This document shows, in pieces, positions 21,635-32,516 of a stretch of DNA of 44,647 nucleotides; the stretch's first letter is position 1; every line of letters begins with the position of its first letter. The DNA comes from Deltaproteobacteria bacterium. Lineage in GTDB: Bacteria > Desulfobacterota > Desulfarculia > Adiutricales > JAFDHD01. The DNA lies in contig JAFDLS010000016.1 in NCBI GenBank assembly GCA_019306365.1, forward strand, positions 1 through 44,647. The letters are read 5' to 3'. The translations under genes were made by a program, and so were the position numbers. Below the pieces are notes generated by a model that worked only from the letters and a program-made list of their open reading frames with translations, ran no database searches and was not told where the DNA came from.

Positions 21635-22132
21635 TTAAGGAATATATTTCCGGTAATCGCTCTGAAGTTATTTTTTATACCAGGCTAACAAGTCTGGGCT
21701 TGATCTATAATTAAATTCACTTTACACTACAGAGGAAAATCTCGCAAGGATACCGCTTGCCAGAATATTATTTTTATTACATTTTAAGCTGTGATTGCGG
21801 AGAGGGATAAAGGCTCCTTTTCCCTTTGGCGGGGTGTAATATATAAATAATGACTCAAAATAAAAATATTCATCTCTCCACAAGAAAGCCGAGAGCGGGT
21901 ATTGCATATTTTCTTAACGTATATGGGAAACTTTGTTATTATTACCTTGCTAGTCAGCTTCACTTGGTGTAGTAGCTAGTGCCAGTAAAAAATGTTCAAC
22001 CCGTTTGTCAGAAATGAAAGGATCCGAAGAAATCTTGTCTGGTTTTAAATATAATTTTATCCAAATGTTAAACAAATCCGGTAACTTTACCTTTGGGGGC
22101 GCAAAGGCGGCTGTTTCTGGCCGGAGGCAGTT

Positions 22133-23815
22133 ATGAGTTATACCGAAATTCTCTTTGCTTCAATCGGTGGATTAGGACTCTTCATCTTCGGCATGAAAAC
22201 AATGTCCGAAAACCTCCAGCGCGTGGCCGGGGCAAGGCTCAGGAACATCCTGGCCGCTGTTTCGGTCAATCGCATTGTGGCCTGTATAACCGGCGCTTTG
22301 ATCACTGGAGCAATCCAAAGTTCAAGCGCCACGGCGGTCATGCTGGTAGGGTTCGTCAATGCCAGACTGCTGACGTTCGCTCAGGCCGTAGGCGTGGTAT
22401 TGGGGGCGAATATCGGGACTACCGTCACGGCTCAGCTCATAGCCTTCAAGATCACCGAATATGCTCTGCCCGCCATTGGTATTGGCGTGGCCATGAAGCT
22501 TTTTGCCAAGAAACGGCGCAACGCTGAAATAGGCGGCGTTATTTTAGGACTTGGCCTGGTTTTTTTTGGCATGGTCACCATGAAAACGGGCGTGGCTCCT
22601 TTGAAGGATTCCGCTTTTTTTATCGAGTTTTTTACCCGCTTCCAGGCAGACAGCTACTGGGGCATAATCCTTTGTGTCATGGTTGGCGCGCTTCTGACTA
22701 TGCTTCTTCAGAGTTCCAGCGCCACCGTGGGTCTGACCATGACTTTGGCCAGCCAGGGATTGATAGGCCTGCCCGGGGCGGTGGCCCTGGTTTTGGGTGA
22801 AAATATCGGTACTACAATTACCGCCGAATTGGCAAGCATCGGCTCCGATAAAATGGCCCATCGAACAGCCCGGGCGCACACGCTGTTTAATGTTATTGGC
22901 GTGACCTACATGGTTATCCTGTTTCCTTTTTTCATAAAGCTGGTTATCTGGGTGACATCTTCTCTTTTGGGTTTGGGTCCGGCCGAAGAAATCGTAAATG
23001 GAGAGCAGCCGAATATCCCGCGCTATATCGCCATCGCCCATACCATGTTTAACGTTGTTAATGCCGTTTTCTTCCTAATATTCTTCAAAGCGCTGATCAA
23101 GGCGGCCATATGGCTGACACCGGGCGAAGAAACTGAAGAAGATATAGACATGTTCAAACCCAAATACCTGGATCCAGCTTTCATTGAAATGCCAGCAGTG
23201 GGCCTTGAACAGGCCCGGCAGGAAATCAGACACATGGGTGATATTGCCAACCTGATGATGGAGGGAGTCATAAACGCCTTGAACGACCGAAAGTTAAAGG
23301 AATTGGGCCAATGGCGGCACAGGGAGGACGCCCTGGATATTCTCCAGCGTGAGATCACCGATTACCTGGTCCGGATTTCACAGTGTGACTGCACGCTTGA
23401 TGAATCGAAGCTAATCTCCTCCATGGTGAGGATGACCAACAACATAGAAAGAATCGGGGATTCTGTGGAGAACATAGCCGAATTAATCGAAGAAATGATT
23501 GAAAACGACCTTTATCTGGCCGATGAAGGCATCACGGATTTCCAGGAAATGTCTCAAAAAGTAACAGAATTCTTTCATTATATCCTGGAGAGTATTAACA
23601 GCCGCAACAAGGACACCGTCATGGACAAGGCTCGTGAGATGGAAAATGAGATCGATGTCTTAAAGGAAACACTGCGGCATAAATACCTCAGCCGCCTCCG
23701 CACTGGTGTCTGCACAATTGACCCTGGAATAATCTTCACCGACATGGTGAATAATTTAGAGAAGATAGGGGACTACTGCTTCAATATCGCTCAGGCCGTG
23801 GCCGGGATCAAGTAA
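22133..23815 (+). CDS. Na+/phosphate cotransporter family protein with C-terminal PhoU-like domains
   Basis: Two repeats QSSSAT...GANIGTT / QSSSAT...GENIGTT; C-terminal NNIERIGD and NNLEKIGD PhoU-like motifs. Confidence 0.94.
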   Translation: MSYTEILFASIGGLGLFIFGMKTMSENLQRVAGARLRNILAAVSVNRIVACITGALITGAIQSSSATAVMLVGFVNARLLTFAQAVGVVLGANIGTTVTAQLIAFKITEYALPAIGIGVAMKLFAKKRRNAEIGGVILGLGLVFFGMVTMKTGVAPLKDSAFFIEFFTRFQADSYWGIILCVMVGALLTMLLQSSSATVGLTMTLASQGLIGLPGAVALVLGENIGTTITAELASIGSDKMAHRTARAHTLFNVIGVTYMVILFPFFIKLVIWVTSSLLGLGPAEEIVNGEQPNIPRYIAIAHTMFNVVNAVFFLIFFKALIKAAIWLTPGEETEEDIDMFKPKYLDPAFIEMPAVGLEQARQEIRHMGDIANLMMEGVINALNDRKLKELGQWRHREDALDILQREITDYLVRISQCDCTLDESKLISSMVRMTNNIERIGDSVENIAELIEEMIENDLYLADEGITDFQEMSQKVTEFFHYILESINSRNKDTVMDKAREMENEIDVLKETLRHKYLSRLRTGVCTIDPGIIFTDMVNNLEKIGDYCFNIAQAVAGIK

Positions 23816-23828
23816 ATAAACAAATGCC

Positions 23829-23906
23829 CCCCGCATCAAGTTGCGGGGAATCAGAACCGATTCGATTTTATCCCCTCATCTCACCCTTTCCCAAAGGGAG
23901 CGGGGA
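23829..23906. repeat. Two GC-rich palindromes between convergent genes (hairpin plus BoxC/REP-like element)
   Basis: CCCCGCA-TCAAGT-TGCGGGG (23829-23848) and TCCCCTCATCTCACCCTTTCCC-AAA-GGGAGCGGGGA (23871-23906). Confidence 0.45.
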
Positions 23907-23961
23907 AGTAAGGATTTGAATCTGTAGCGAATTTCGGGGTATCCTCAATTTAAACGTTTTT

Positions 23962-25221
23962 CTAAGCTTTAATGCGGCGGATGCGGGCCCCAAGCCCAGA
24001 AAGCTTCTCCTCAATCCGTTCATAACCTCGGTCAATATGATATACCCGGGACACCTCGGTCTGGCCTTTGGCGGCCAAACCGGCCAGAACCAGAGAAGCG
24101 CTGGCGCGCAGGTCCGTGGCCATAACCGGTGCGCCCAGAAGAGCCGGAACCCCCTCGACAATGGCCGTGTTCCCGCTCAGCCTGATGTCCGCGCCCATGC
24201 GTTCAAGCTCACTGACATGGATGAACCGATTATCAAAAATCGTCTCGGTAATAACGGAAAGACCGCTGGCGAAACACATCATAGCCATGAATTGAGCCTG
24301 CATATCCGTGGGAAAGCCCGGATAAGGTTCGGTTTTTATGTCGACCGAATTGATCCTGGAAGGACCGGTTACAACGATCGTATCCTGACCTGGGTGATCG
24401 AATTTCAATCCGGTCTGCTTGAGCTTGTTTTCAACGGCGGTCAAGGCGGACACCGGGGCCTGTTTGATAGTGATCCGGCCGCCTGTTATCCCGGCGGCGG
24501 CCATGAAGGTCGCGGCCTCAATCCTGTCTGACATGACACCGTAAGAAATGGCCTTGAGTGATTTGACGCCCTCAATTGTAAGAACATCGGTGCCGATTCC
24601 TTCAATTTTCGCTCCCATGGCGGTCAAGGCGTTAGCCAGGTCAGCGACCTCTGGTTCTCTGGCCGCGTTTCTGAGAATAGTTGTGCCGTTAGCCAGAACG
24701 GCGGCCATGAGCAGGTTTTCCGTGCCGGTTACCGTTGGCAGATCGAAAAAAATGTCGGCTCCCTGCAGCCCAAGCGGGGCCTCCGCCTGAACATAACCAT
24801 GCTCCAGGTTGATCTCGGCTCCCATCGCGGTCAGGCCTTTGAGGTGCAGGTTGATTGGCCGGGCGCCTATGGCGCAGCCGCCTGGCAGTGAGACCTGAGC
24901 TTTGCCAAAGCGAGTCAGAAGCGGTCCCAAAACCAGCACGGAAGCCCTCATGGTTTTGACCAATTCATAGGGCGCGACCAGATTCTCGACGCTGTTGCTA
25001 TTGATTTCCGCACGGCCCGCAGAAAGGTCAACCTCTGCGCCCAGACGCCGTAAAAGGTTGGCTATAGTCCTGATATCAAGTAAATCCGGGATGTTTTCCA
25101 AGGCAGATGTTCCATCCGCCAAAAGAGTTGAGGCCATGATAGGCAGAGCCGCGTTCTTGGCTCCGCTAATGGTCACCTCGCCTTCGAGCCTCTGTCCGCC
25201 CTCAATGATTATCTTATCCAT
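23962..25221 (-). CDS. murA: UDP-N-acetylglucosamine 1-carboxyvinyltransferase
   Basis: [31 protein letters not shown] (active-site Cys), [18 protein letters not shown]. Confidence 0.99.
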   Translation of the reverse strand: MDKIIIEGGQRLEGEVTISGAKNAALPIMASTLLADGTSALENIPDLLDIRTIANLLRRLGAEVDLSAGRAEINSNSVENLVAPYELVKTMRASVLVLGPLLTRFGKAQVSLPGGCAIGARPINLHLKGLTAMGAEINLEHGYVQAEAPLGLQGADIFFDLPTVTGTENLLMAAVLANGTTILRNAAREPEVADLANALTAMGAKIEGIGTDVLTIEGVKSLKAISYGVMSDRIEAATFMAAAGITGGRITIKQAPVSALTAVENKLKQTGLKFDHPGQDTIVVTGPSRINSVDIKTEPYPGFPTDMQAQFMAMMCFASGLSVITETIFDNRFIHVSELERMGADIRLSGNTAIVEGVPALLGAPVMATDLRASASLVLAGLAAKGQTEVSRVYHIDRGYERIEEKLSGLGARIRRIKA

Positions 25222-25227
25222 GTCGGA

Positions 25228-26157
25228 CTATCCTCCGGGATTATTCTTCATGAGAATGGCCAAACGGTAATGCCCGGCCAGATCTTTACACACATTGACC
25301 TGACCATAGCCGAACGCCTCGCCCGCCTCCCTGATCCTGGAGACCTGGGTGGGCCAGATTTCGAGGAGCAGAGCGCCTTTGGATTTTAACAAGGGCGCGG
25401 CCTGGGCAATAGCTTTTTTAATCAGATCCAATCCATCCTCGCCGCCGTCCAGGGCCAGCCGGGGCTCAAAGTCCTTCACGTCCGGGTCCATGCCGTCAAA
25501 GGCGCTCCAGGGCACGTATGGCAGATTGGCCGCGATGAGGTCAAAGCAATCAATCTGATCTTTCAACGGATCGAGGAGGTCGCCCTGCATAAAATTGATC
25601 CGTGCGTTCAAATCGTGTTGTTCGGCGTTGGACCTGGCCACATTCAGGGCTGATTTTGAGATATCCAACGCCCAAATCACCGCCTGTTGTAAATGGCAGG
25701 CCAGGGTAATGGCAATCGCGCCGCTCCCGGTCCCGAGATCAACAACACGAAACGGCTCCATTTCCGAGTCTTCGGTTTCAGTTAATCGTTTCTGAGCTAT
25801 CTTGAGCGCCTCCTCAACCAGAAGTTCGGTTTCAGGTCTGGGGATGAGAACTTCAGGAGTAACCTTTAAATCGAGGGAGTAAAACTCCTTATGACCGGTG
25901 ATGTAAGCGACGGGTTCGAACACGGCTCGGCGCCGAACCCGTTCCTTGAAAGCCGCCAGTTCCGAAGGGATGAGCGGCCGGTCGTAATTGAGGTATAGAT
26001 CAACCCGCGTCAATCCCAGTAAATCGGCCAACAGCACTTCAGCGTCAAGGCGCGCTTTTTTCACGCCCTTTTCGGTCAGATATTTTGTTGTCCATCGGAT
26101 TAGACGCAGAACTGTCCAGGATTCAGAGCGCTGGCTTGATTGGACTTGCTTTTTCAA
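25228..26157 (-). CDS. prmC: Release factor glutamine methyltransferase
   Basis: [41 protein letters not shown]; downstream of prfA. Confidence 0.96.
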   Translation of the reverse strand: MKKQVQSSQRSESWTVLRLIRWTTKYLTEKGVKKARLDAEVLLADLLGLTRVDLYLNYDRPLIPSELAAFKERVRRRAVFEPVAYITGHKEFYSLDLKVTPEVLIPRPETELLVEEALKIAQKRLTETEDSEMEPFRVVDLGTGSGAIAITLACHLQQAVIWALDISKSALNVARSNAEQHDLNARINFMQGDLLDPLKDQIDCFDLIAANLPYVPWSAFDGMDPDVKDFEPRLALDGGEDGLDLIKKAIAQAAPLLKSKGALLLEIWPTQVSRIREAGEAFGYGQVNVCKDLAGHYRLAILMKNNPGG

Positions 26158-27215
26158 AGCGTTTTCAATGCTTCGGTTTGATAGTGGGTTGTCAGGGTGT
26201 CGATGATTTCCTGAATATCCCCCTCCATGATCGAATCAAGGCGATACAAGGTCAGGTTGATACGGTGGTCGGTCAGACGTCCCTGAGGAAAGTTGTACGT
26301 TCGGATGCGTTCACTGCGATCACCGGTGCCCACCTGATCACGACGATCCTCAGAGATTTTATCCTGCTGTTCACGAACCTTTATATCAAGAAGGCGGGCT
26401 TTGAGCACTTTAAGGGCCTTGGCCTTGTTTTTGTATTGAGACTTTTCGTCCTGGCAGGTTACCACCAAACCGGTAGGCAGGTGTGTAATCCTAACCGCCG
26501 AATCCGTGGTGTTAACGCTTTGCCCGCCTGGACCTGATGAGCGGTAGACGTCGACCTTGATCTCATCAGGATTGACTTCCACTTCAACGTCTTCAGCTTC
26601 CGGCAGAACGGCCACGGTTACGGCGGAGGTGTGAATGCGGCCCTGAGACTCTGTTGTGGGAACGCGCTGGACCCGGTGAACCCCGCTCTCATACTTGAGC
26701 TGGCTAAAAACCTGATTGCCTTCAACCATGGCGATAATCTCTTTAAATCCGCCCGAGCCTGTCGGATGGCTGCCCATGACCTCCACGCGCCAATTCATTT
26801 TTTCGGCGAACCGACTGTACATCCGGAAGAGATCGGCGACGAAAAGAGCGGCTTCCTCACCCCCTGTGCCGGCCCGAATCTCGAGTAAAACATTCTTCTC
26901 GTCATTAGGGTCTTTGGGCAGCAGCAGGAATTCAAGGTCTTTTTGCGCGGCCTCGATGAGTTCCTGGTATCGAGCCACCTCGGTTTCGGCCATCTGGCGT
27001 ATTTCCTCATCAGGATCGCGCAGGAGTTCCTGGGTTTCCTCCTTTTCAGCCTGCAGTTTTTTTAACTGCCGATAGGTGTACACCACCTTGGAAAGCTCGG
27101 CGTGTTGGCGCACGGTTTTCTGATAAAGCTCTCTGTCATTGATAATTTCGGGCTGAGCCAGCTCGTTTTCAAGACGGTCGAATCTCTCCTCTATTTGGTA
27201 TAATTCTTCAAACAT
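26154..27215 (-). CDS. prfA: Peptide chain release factor 1
   Basis: [21 protein letters not shown] (PxT), [17 protein letters not shown]. Confidence 0.99.
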   Translation of the reverse strand: MFEELYQIEERFDRLENELAQPEIINDRELYQKTVRQHAELSKVVYTYRQLKKLQAEKEETQELLRDPDEEIRQMAETEVARYQELIEAAQKDLEFLLLPKDPNDEKNVLLEIRAGTGGEEAALFVADLFRMYSRFAEKMNWRVEVMGSHPTGSGGFKEIIAMVEGNQVFSQLKYESGVHRVQRVPTTESQGRIHTSAVTVAVLPEAEDVEVEVNPDEIKVDVYRSSGPGGQSVNTTDSAVRITHLPTGLVVTCQDEKSQYKNKAKALKVLKARLLDIKVREQQDKISEDRRDQVGTGDRSERIRTYNFPQGRLTDHRINLTLYRLDSIMEGDIQEIIDTLTTHYQTEALKTL

Positions 27216-27221
27216 GGCGGT

Positions 27222-28181
27222 TTACGATGCGCTCTGAGCGGCTTCGATGGACAGCGCCCTTTTCAAGGCGATGAGAGCGACCTCAATTTGATCATCCGAA
27301 GGCTCCCGGGTCGTCAGTTTCTGAACCCAGAGCCCCGGGATAATAGCGGCTTTGAGAATTGCATTGTCCATGTGCTGGCTGGCGTAACGATTTAATTCGT
27401 AGGCCGCGCCGGCAATGGGCAGCATAAGAACAATCTTTACGGCCACGTATAACAGCTGCAGGGCCCAGCCCCCTCCGCGGCCAGCCGGGCTTATCAAGGG
27501 GAAAACAATTGTAAAAAGAAGGATGCTGATCATAAGAACGACAATGATAAAGGCTGTGCCGCACCGGGGATGCAAGGTTATGTGTTCTCGCGCGTTCTCA
27601 ACGATCAATTCCTGTCCGGCCTCATATGTATATATAGACTTGTGCTCCGCTCCATGATATTCGAAAAGCCGACCGATCTCCTTGATCTGCGAAATAAGCC
27701 AGATGTAGCCAATGAAAAAGGCGAGTTTAATAACCCCGTCGATCGCGTGAAAGGTTATGGAAGTAACACCAAAACGCATTGGGCCGAAACGGCCGATGAG
27801 CAGGCTCAGGTAGTGAGGCGCGACAACAAACATCAATAGACCCAGACCGATGGCGGCAGCAATGGTAAAGCTCATGGTCCAGAAGCCCATTTCATCCTCA
27901 TCCTCGTCATCTAACGCCTGATTCGCGGAAAAGGTCAAGGCGTCAAGTCCGTTAACCAGGGCCTCGAAGAGAATCACGCTGCCTCGAACAAAAGGCCATG
28001 CCATCCAGGGGAATCTGTCTGACCATGATTTCCATGGAGTTTCCTTGATTGCGACCTCACCGCTGGCTTTGCGCACAGCTACAGCCAGGGCTGAGGGGGA
28101 ACGCATCATAACCCCTTCCAAAACAGCCTGTCCGCCGACTTTAACTTCCTTTTTCGTTATAGATGTCCCAGAGCAATTCAT
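27222..28181 (-). CDS. DUF1385 family membrane protein
   Basis: VGGQAVLEGVMMR, FEYHGAEHK, HPRCGT, LTTREP; usual rpmE-DUF1385-prfA context. Confidence 0.92.
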   Translation of the reverse strand: MNCSGTSITKKEVKVGGQAVLEGVMMRSPSALAVAVRKASGEVAIKETPWKSWSDRFPWMAWPFVRGSVILFEALVNGLDALTFSANQALDDEDEDEMGFWTMSFTIAAAIGLGLLMFVVAPHYLSLLIGRFGPMRFGVTSITFHAIDGVIKLAFFIGYIWLISQIKEIGRLFEYHGAEHKSIYTYEAGQELIVENAREHITLHPRCGTAFIIVVLMISILLFTIVFPLISPAGRGGGWALQLLYVAVKIVLMLPIAGAAYELNRYASQHMDNAILKAAIIPGLWVQKLTTREPSDDQIEVALIALKRALSIEAAQSAS

Positions 28182-28205
28182 CAGAATAATAAGTCAGGAA
28201 TACTT

Positions 28206-28463
28206 TCAGGAATCAGATTTTTCAGATCCGGAAGCTTTCTTTTTCTTCTGGCCGAAATTGTTAGCCACACCAGCGTATTTTCTCTGAAATCGTTCCACGC
28301 GGCCAGCGGTATCTATCAGTTTCTGCTTACCCGTGAAAAAGGGGTGGCAGGCGGCACAGATTTCAACTCGAATTTTTTTGGCTGTAGACCCGGCCTCGAA
28401 CTCATTGCCGCAAGCGCAGCTGGCTTTTATAATGTTGAATTCCGGGTGAATGTCCTTTTTCAT
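28206..28463 (-). CDS. rpmE: 50S ribosomal protein L31 (zinc-binding type)
   Basis: [33 protein letters not shown]. Confidence 0.98.
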   Translation of the reverse strand: MKKDIHPEFNIIKASCACGNEFEAGSTAKKIRVEICAACHPFFTGKQKLIDTAGRVERFQRKYAGVANNFGQKKKKASGSEKSDS

Positions 28464-28617
28464 GATTTCCTTAGTCCTCCATCAATCAATAAATTTTTTA
28501 TTATACATATTTTATCAACAGTTTCAATTCATTTCCCGGGTTACCATGTATTGAAAAGCATAAATTTGGTTATAGCGATTCTTATGAGTCCCGGCCTAAT
28601 CAATTCAATGCCATATT

Positions 28618-28823
28618 GAGACCTCTGCAAAACTTCGTTCTTTAGCCGAACTCATGAACACCGCTTCGCTCATGCTGCAGCGGTTTTGAGCACTGTTTCG
28701 CTGACGCTGCAGCGGCATATGTCAGGCTCAAAATTAAGTCCTCGAAATACTTGGTAATATTCCTGCGGGTTAATTTTTCGCCTTCCACGATTTCAACAAA
28801 ATTACTGATTTTGCAGCGGTCTC
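28618..28823 (-). mobile_element. MITE copy 1 (206 bp), GAGACC-type terminal inverted repeats, 5-bp target duplication ATATT
   Basis: Starts GAGACCTCTGCAAAA, ends TTTTGCAGCGGTCTC, with ATATT on both sides; interior homologous to 30912-31084 and 33403-33610 in inverted orientation. Confidence 0.85.
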
Positions 28824-29024
28824 ATATTATTAAACGGCAATAGTGATTGCCGATTGGGTTGTGAAAAATATTTCTGGCAATCGCGTTGATCCGCTAAAAT
28901 AGCCGAACGGGTCGTCTGTCAGTCGATTTTTAACCGGAACGTACCTCTCGCCCGGAGTTTCACGGGTGAGACAACCTATTGTTTTGACGGGAGAAAGCTT
29001 TCAGGACATATAAGACACAAAAGG

Positions 29025-30272
29025 CTAACTGTTCATGGAGCTGAGAAAGGCTTTATTGTTTTTGGTGCCGCGCATCTTATCCAGTAGAAAATCCATGCTG
29101 TCTATGGGAGTCAGCGGCGAAAGCACCTTTCGCAGGACCCAAGCCCGGTTGAGTTCTTCCGCCGTAAGAAGGAGTTCTTCTTTTCGGGTTCCTGAACGGT
29201 TGATATCTATGGCGGGGAAGACTCTTCTATCCGCGAGTTTACGATCCAAATGGAGCTCCAGGTTGCCAGTGCCTTTGAATTCCTCAAAAATGACCTCATC
29301 CATCCGGCTGCCGGTTTCTATCAAAGCGGTGGCGATGATGGTAAGAGAGCCGCCTTCTTCTATGTTGCGCGCCGCGCCAAAAAAGCGTTTTGGACGATGC
29401 AGGGCGTTGGAATCAACACCGCCGGAAAGAATCTTCCCTGATGGCGGGACCACGGCGTTATATGCCCGAGCCAGGCGGGTGATACTGTCAAGCAGAATAA
29501 TGACGTCCTTTTTGTGTTCGACCAGGCGTTTGGCTTTTTCCAGAACCATCTCAGCGACCTGCACATGGCGCTGCGCCGGTTCATCAAAGGTGGAGCTGAT
29601 GACCTCTCCCTTGACCGACCGCTGCATGTCCGTCACCTCTTCCGGCCGCTCGTCAATGAGTAGTACGATCAAAGTCATATTCTTATGATTCGTGGTGACG
29701 CTGTTGGCCAGGTCCTGGAGAAGCATTGTTTTACCGGTTCGGGGGGCAGCCACAATCAAACCGCGCTGGCCCATACCAACGGGGGTCAAAATGTCCATAA
29801 CCCGCATACAGTAATTATCCGCACTCGTTTCAAGATGAATTCGCTCGTCAGGGTACAGTGGAGTCAGGTTGTCAAAAATGATTTTATCCCGAGATAATTC
29901 AGGGTCATCAGAGTTGACGCCATCCACCTTAAGCAACGCATAATAGCGCTCATTCTCTTTGGGAGGTCTTATCTGGCCGGTAACCGTGTCACCGGTGCGC
30001 AGATTGAAACGCTTGATTTGACTTGGAGAGATATAAATGTCATCCGGTCCGGGGAGGTAGTTGGATTCAGGGGCTCTCAGAAAACCAAAACCATCAGGCA
30101 AGGTTTCCAGAACTCCGCCGCCGTATATCAAACCGTTTTTTTCCGTTTCCGCCTGAAGAATGCTGAAAACCAGCTCCTGCTTCCTGAGGCTGGCCGCCCC
30201 ATCGATATTGTATCCCTTAGCCATAGAGGTCAGTTCGGATATTTTTTTAACTTTCAATTCAGCTAAGTTCAT
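29025..30272 (-). CDS. rho: Transcription termination factor Rho
   Basis: [56 protein letters not shown]. Confidence 0.99.
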   Translation of the reverse strand: MNLAELKVKKISELTSMAKGYNIDGAASLRKQELVFSILQAETEKNGLIYGGGVLETLPDGFGFLRAPESNYLPGPDDIYISPSQIKRFNLRTGDTVTGQIRPPKENERYYALLKVDGVNSDDPELSRDKIIFDNLTPLYPDERIHLETSADNYCMRVMDILTPVGMGQRGLIVAAPRTGKTMLLQDLANSVTTNHKNMTLIVLLIDERPEEVTDMQRSVKGEVISSTFDEPAQRHVQVAEMVLEKAKRLVEHKKDVIILLDSITRLARAYNAVVPPSGKILSGGVDSNALHRPKRFFGAARNIEEGGSLTIIATALIETGSRMDEVIFEEFKGTGNLELHLDRKLADRRVFPAIDINRSGTRKEELLLTAEELNRAWVLRKVLSPLTPIDSMDFLLDKMRGTKNNKAFLSSMNS

Positions 30273-30824
30273 TTGAATGCTGTTCCTTTCCTTAGGGGTG
30301 AGTATCGTTGCGGTAACATCTCTTTTTAATCTAACTTCCTTTCATTACATTACAATTTAATATTTCTAGCGCCCAATGATCATGGATTACTTACTTCTTA
30401 TGGATTTGGGCAATGTTGTTTATTTTTTAACAAACTCAAAAAACTTGAGTTCTCAGATAAGCCTTTTTATTTCATATAGAAATGTTTTTTACTGGCACAA
30501 ATTACTCAGGATAATCTATGGTTGGCGCCCATCTGTTGTATTTGATCTGCCGTAATATGCCGCCCAGCGTTAAATTTGGGTCAAGTGCGGCCTTGTAATT
30601 CGCGCCAAGGTAAATCAAGGCAGGCGTTCTATTTTTTCTTGGTATCAAAATACTCTATTCTCAATGAATAAAGTCTGATCTTGTTGTTTCCACTAAAGGA
30701 TTTCCTGAGAATCTAGGAATTATAACCAAGCAGTCTAATGGTAAGTCCTTAATAATATATCTAATTGGAGTGGATTTGTCTCCCGGCGCGAGAAGAACGC
30801 GCACTATAATTTGGATTCAGGTTA

Positions 30825-30853
30825 AATATAATCTGTACATTGAAAATTGTCAA
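30825..30853 (-). promoter_or_regulatory. Near-consensus sigma70 promoter for rho
   Basis: Minus strand TTGACA (30853-30848), 17 nt spacer, TATATT (30830-30825). Confidence 0.6.
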
Positions 30854-30911
30854 GCTAATTCGGATTGATATCCTCTGTTTTCAATCTTGATCCGGATAAA
30901 AAATCCAGACA

Positions 30912-31084
30912 GAGACCTCTGCAAAACCAGTAATTTTGTTGAAATCGCGAAAGGCGAAAATGTAGCCCGCAGGAATATTGCCAATATTTCGAGGACTTAA
31001 ATTTGAGACTGACATATGCCGCTGCAGCGTGAGCGAAGCGGTGTACATGAGTTCGGCTAAAGGACGAAGTTTTGCTGAGGTCTC
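30912..31084 (+). mobile_element. MITE copy 2 (173 bp), GAGACC-type terminal inverted repeats, 5-bp target duplication AGACA
   Basis: Starts GAGACCTCTGCAAAAC, ends GTTTTGCTGAGGTCTC, with AGACA on both sides; carries one 32-bp internal unit instead of two. Confidence 0.85.
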
Positions 31085-31389
31085 AGACAGACTCACCTCA
31101 CTAAAGCACTCCTCCTTCAAGGGCGATTGCCAAAAATATTTCCCATCAATAAAGACAGTTGATTTGATGTACAATGAACCCGAAGACAGCGATGATCATG
31201 GAAATCGCCCGGGATTCTTTTTGATTATCAAAAAGCCGCGCTCGCATTCGCAACCTCTGCGGACATTTTAACTCACCCTTCAATCGTAACCAAATTTTGG
31301 CTATCATTCTAACTAGATATATCCTCAATAAGCGGGAAGCCTGAAATCGCCGTTCTGTTGTATTCATTAAAGTTCCGTCATATAAATAA

Positions 31390-32349
31390 TTAATTTATCT
31401 CATCTTTTTCCAAAGACTCAAGAACACGGGACATATCTTCAGGCACATCCGTCTTAAAAGTCATCTCATGGCCGGTAACCGGGTGAAGAAAACTGATACT
31501 CTGAGCGTGAAGCATCTGTCTTTTAACCAGACCCTTTAACGGTCCGCCGCCCTTCTTGAGCCATCCCAGACCAACACCATAAACGCGGTCACCAAGGATT
31601 GGACAACCAATGGAAGCTAGGTGCACCCTTATCTGGTGAGTTCTGCCGGTCAGAATATTCACACGAAGCAGTGAAATCCTCTGCCCGAAACGACGCAGGA
31701 CCGTAAAACGGGTCAAGGCTGACCTGCCTGAATTCGATCTGGTTGACATCTCTTTACGCCGCACCGGATGCCGGCCAATAGGCGCGTCGATTTCACCTTG
31801 ATCCATCTTGGGCCAACCCCGGCACAACGCCACATAGAATTTGGTTATGCGACCGTCCGTAAACTGATTTACTAACGATTGATGAGCCCTATCCGTCTTA
31901 GCCACCATCATGATCCCGGAGGTGTCTTTGTCCAGACGGTGTACGATCCCGGGCCTGGCCTCACCTCCAATGCCGGTTAAATCAGGACATACAGCCAGCA
32001 ATCCCTGAACCAATGTGCCGGTACGATGACCGGCCGCCGGGTGGACAACCAGGCCAGCGGGTTTGTTGACAACGATCACGTCCTGATCTTGATATATTAT
32101 GTCGAAAGAAATGTCAGGCTCAGGTACCAGCTGACTGGGAATCGGGCTTGGCACAAACAGGGTTACTGTCTGCCCTTCTTTTAGTTTTTGGCTGGCTTTC
32201 ACCGGAGCGTTATCAACCTGGACGTGACCTTGATCGATCAAGCGCTTGAGTTGAGACCGCGAAAGGTCAGGATTTACGCCGGCTAAAAAGCGATCCAACC
32301 GCTCGCCGCTGGTATGTTTGGGGACAAGGTATTGCAGACTTTGGGCCAC
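31390..32349 (-). CDS. rluD: RluA-family pseudouridine synthase with N-terminal S4 domain (RluD-like)
   Basis: ERLDRFL, VNKPAGLVVHP, GIVHRLDKDTSG (catalytic Asp), TGRTHQIRVH, RQMLHA. Confidence 0.9.
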   Translation of the reverse strand: MAQSLQYLVPKHTSGERLDRFLAGVNPDLSRSQLKRLIDQGHVQVDNAPVKASQKLKEGQTVTLFVPSPIPSQLVPEPDISFDIIYQDQDVIVVNKPAGLVVHPAAGHRTGTLVQGLLAVCPDLTGIGGEARPGIVHRLDKDTSGIMMVAKTDRAHQSLVNQFTDGRITKFYVALCRGWPKMDQGEIDAPIGRHPVRRKEMSTRSNSGRSALTRFTVLRRFGQRISLLRVNILTGRTHQIRVHLASIGCPILGDRVYGVGLGWLKKGGGPLKGLVKRQMLHAQSISFLHPVTGHEMTFKTDVPEDMSRVLESLEKDEIN

Positions 32350-32516
32350 TGGCTTCTTTAAGGATAAGACAAATAAATAACGGCCGTTATTCGGTTATAG
32401 CCGCATAACAAGGCAATCTCGAACCGGAAGGGATGGTTTTATTCAGCAGATAGATAGTAATGAGTGTTTATATCCCGCCCTTTTAATAAAAGTTAAGCGG
32501 AATCAGGACTTGCGTT

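Noticed and set aside
21795-21830. GGAGAGGGATAAAGGCTCC as the 3' stem of a guanidine-I (ykkC) riboswitch
   Set aside because: Only a loose partial match; the upstream conserved elements of that motif are absent.
28618-31084. Composite transposon carrying rho, or BsaI (GAGACC/GGTCTC) cloning scars
   Set aside because: Each copy has its own 5-bp duplication, and the outer flanks (ATATT versus AGACA) differ. The termini extend well beyond the 6-bp site and the interiors are naturally diverged.
30881-31367. ORFs 30881..31174, 30978..31271 and 31146..31367
   Set aside because: They run through MITE copy 2 and adjacent repeats, and have no recognisable motifs or RBS.
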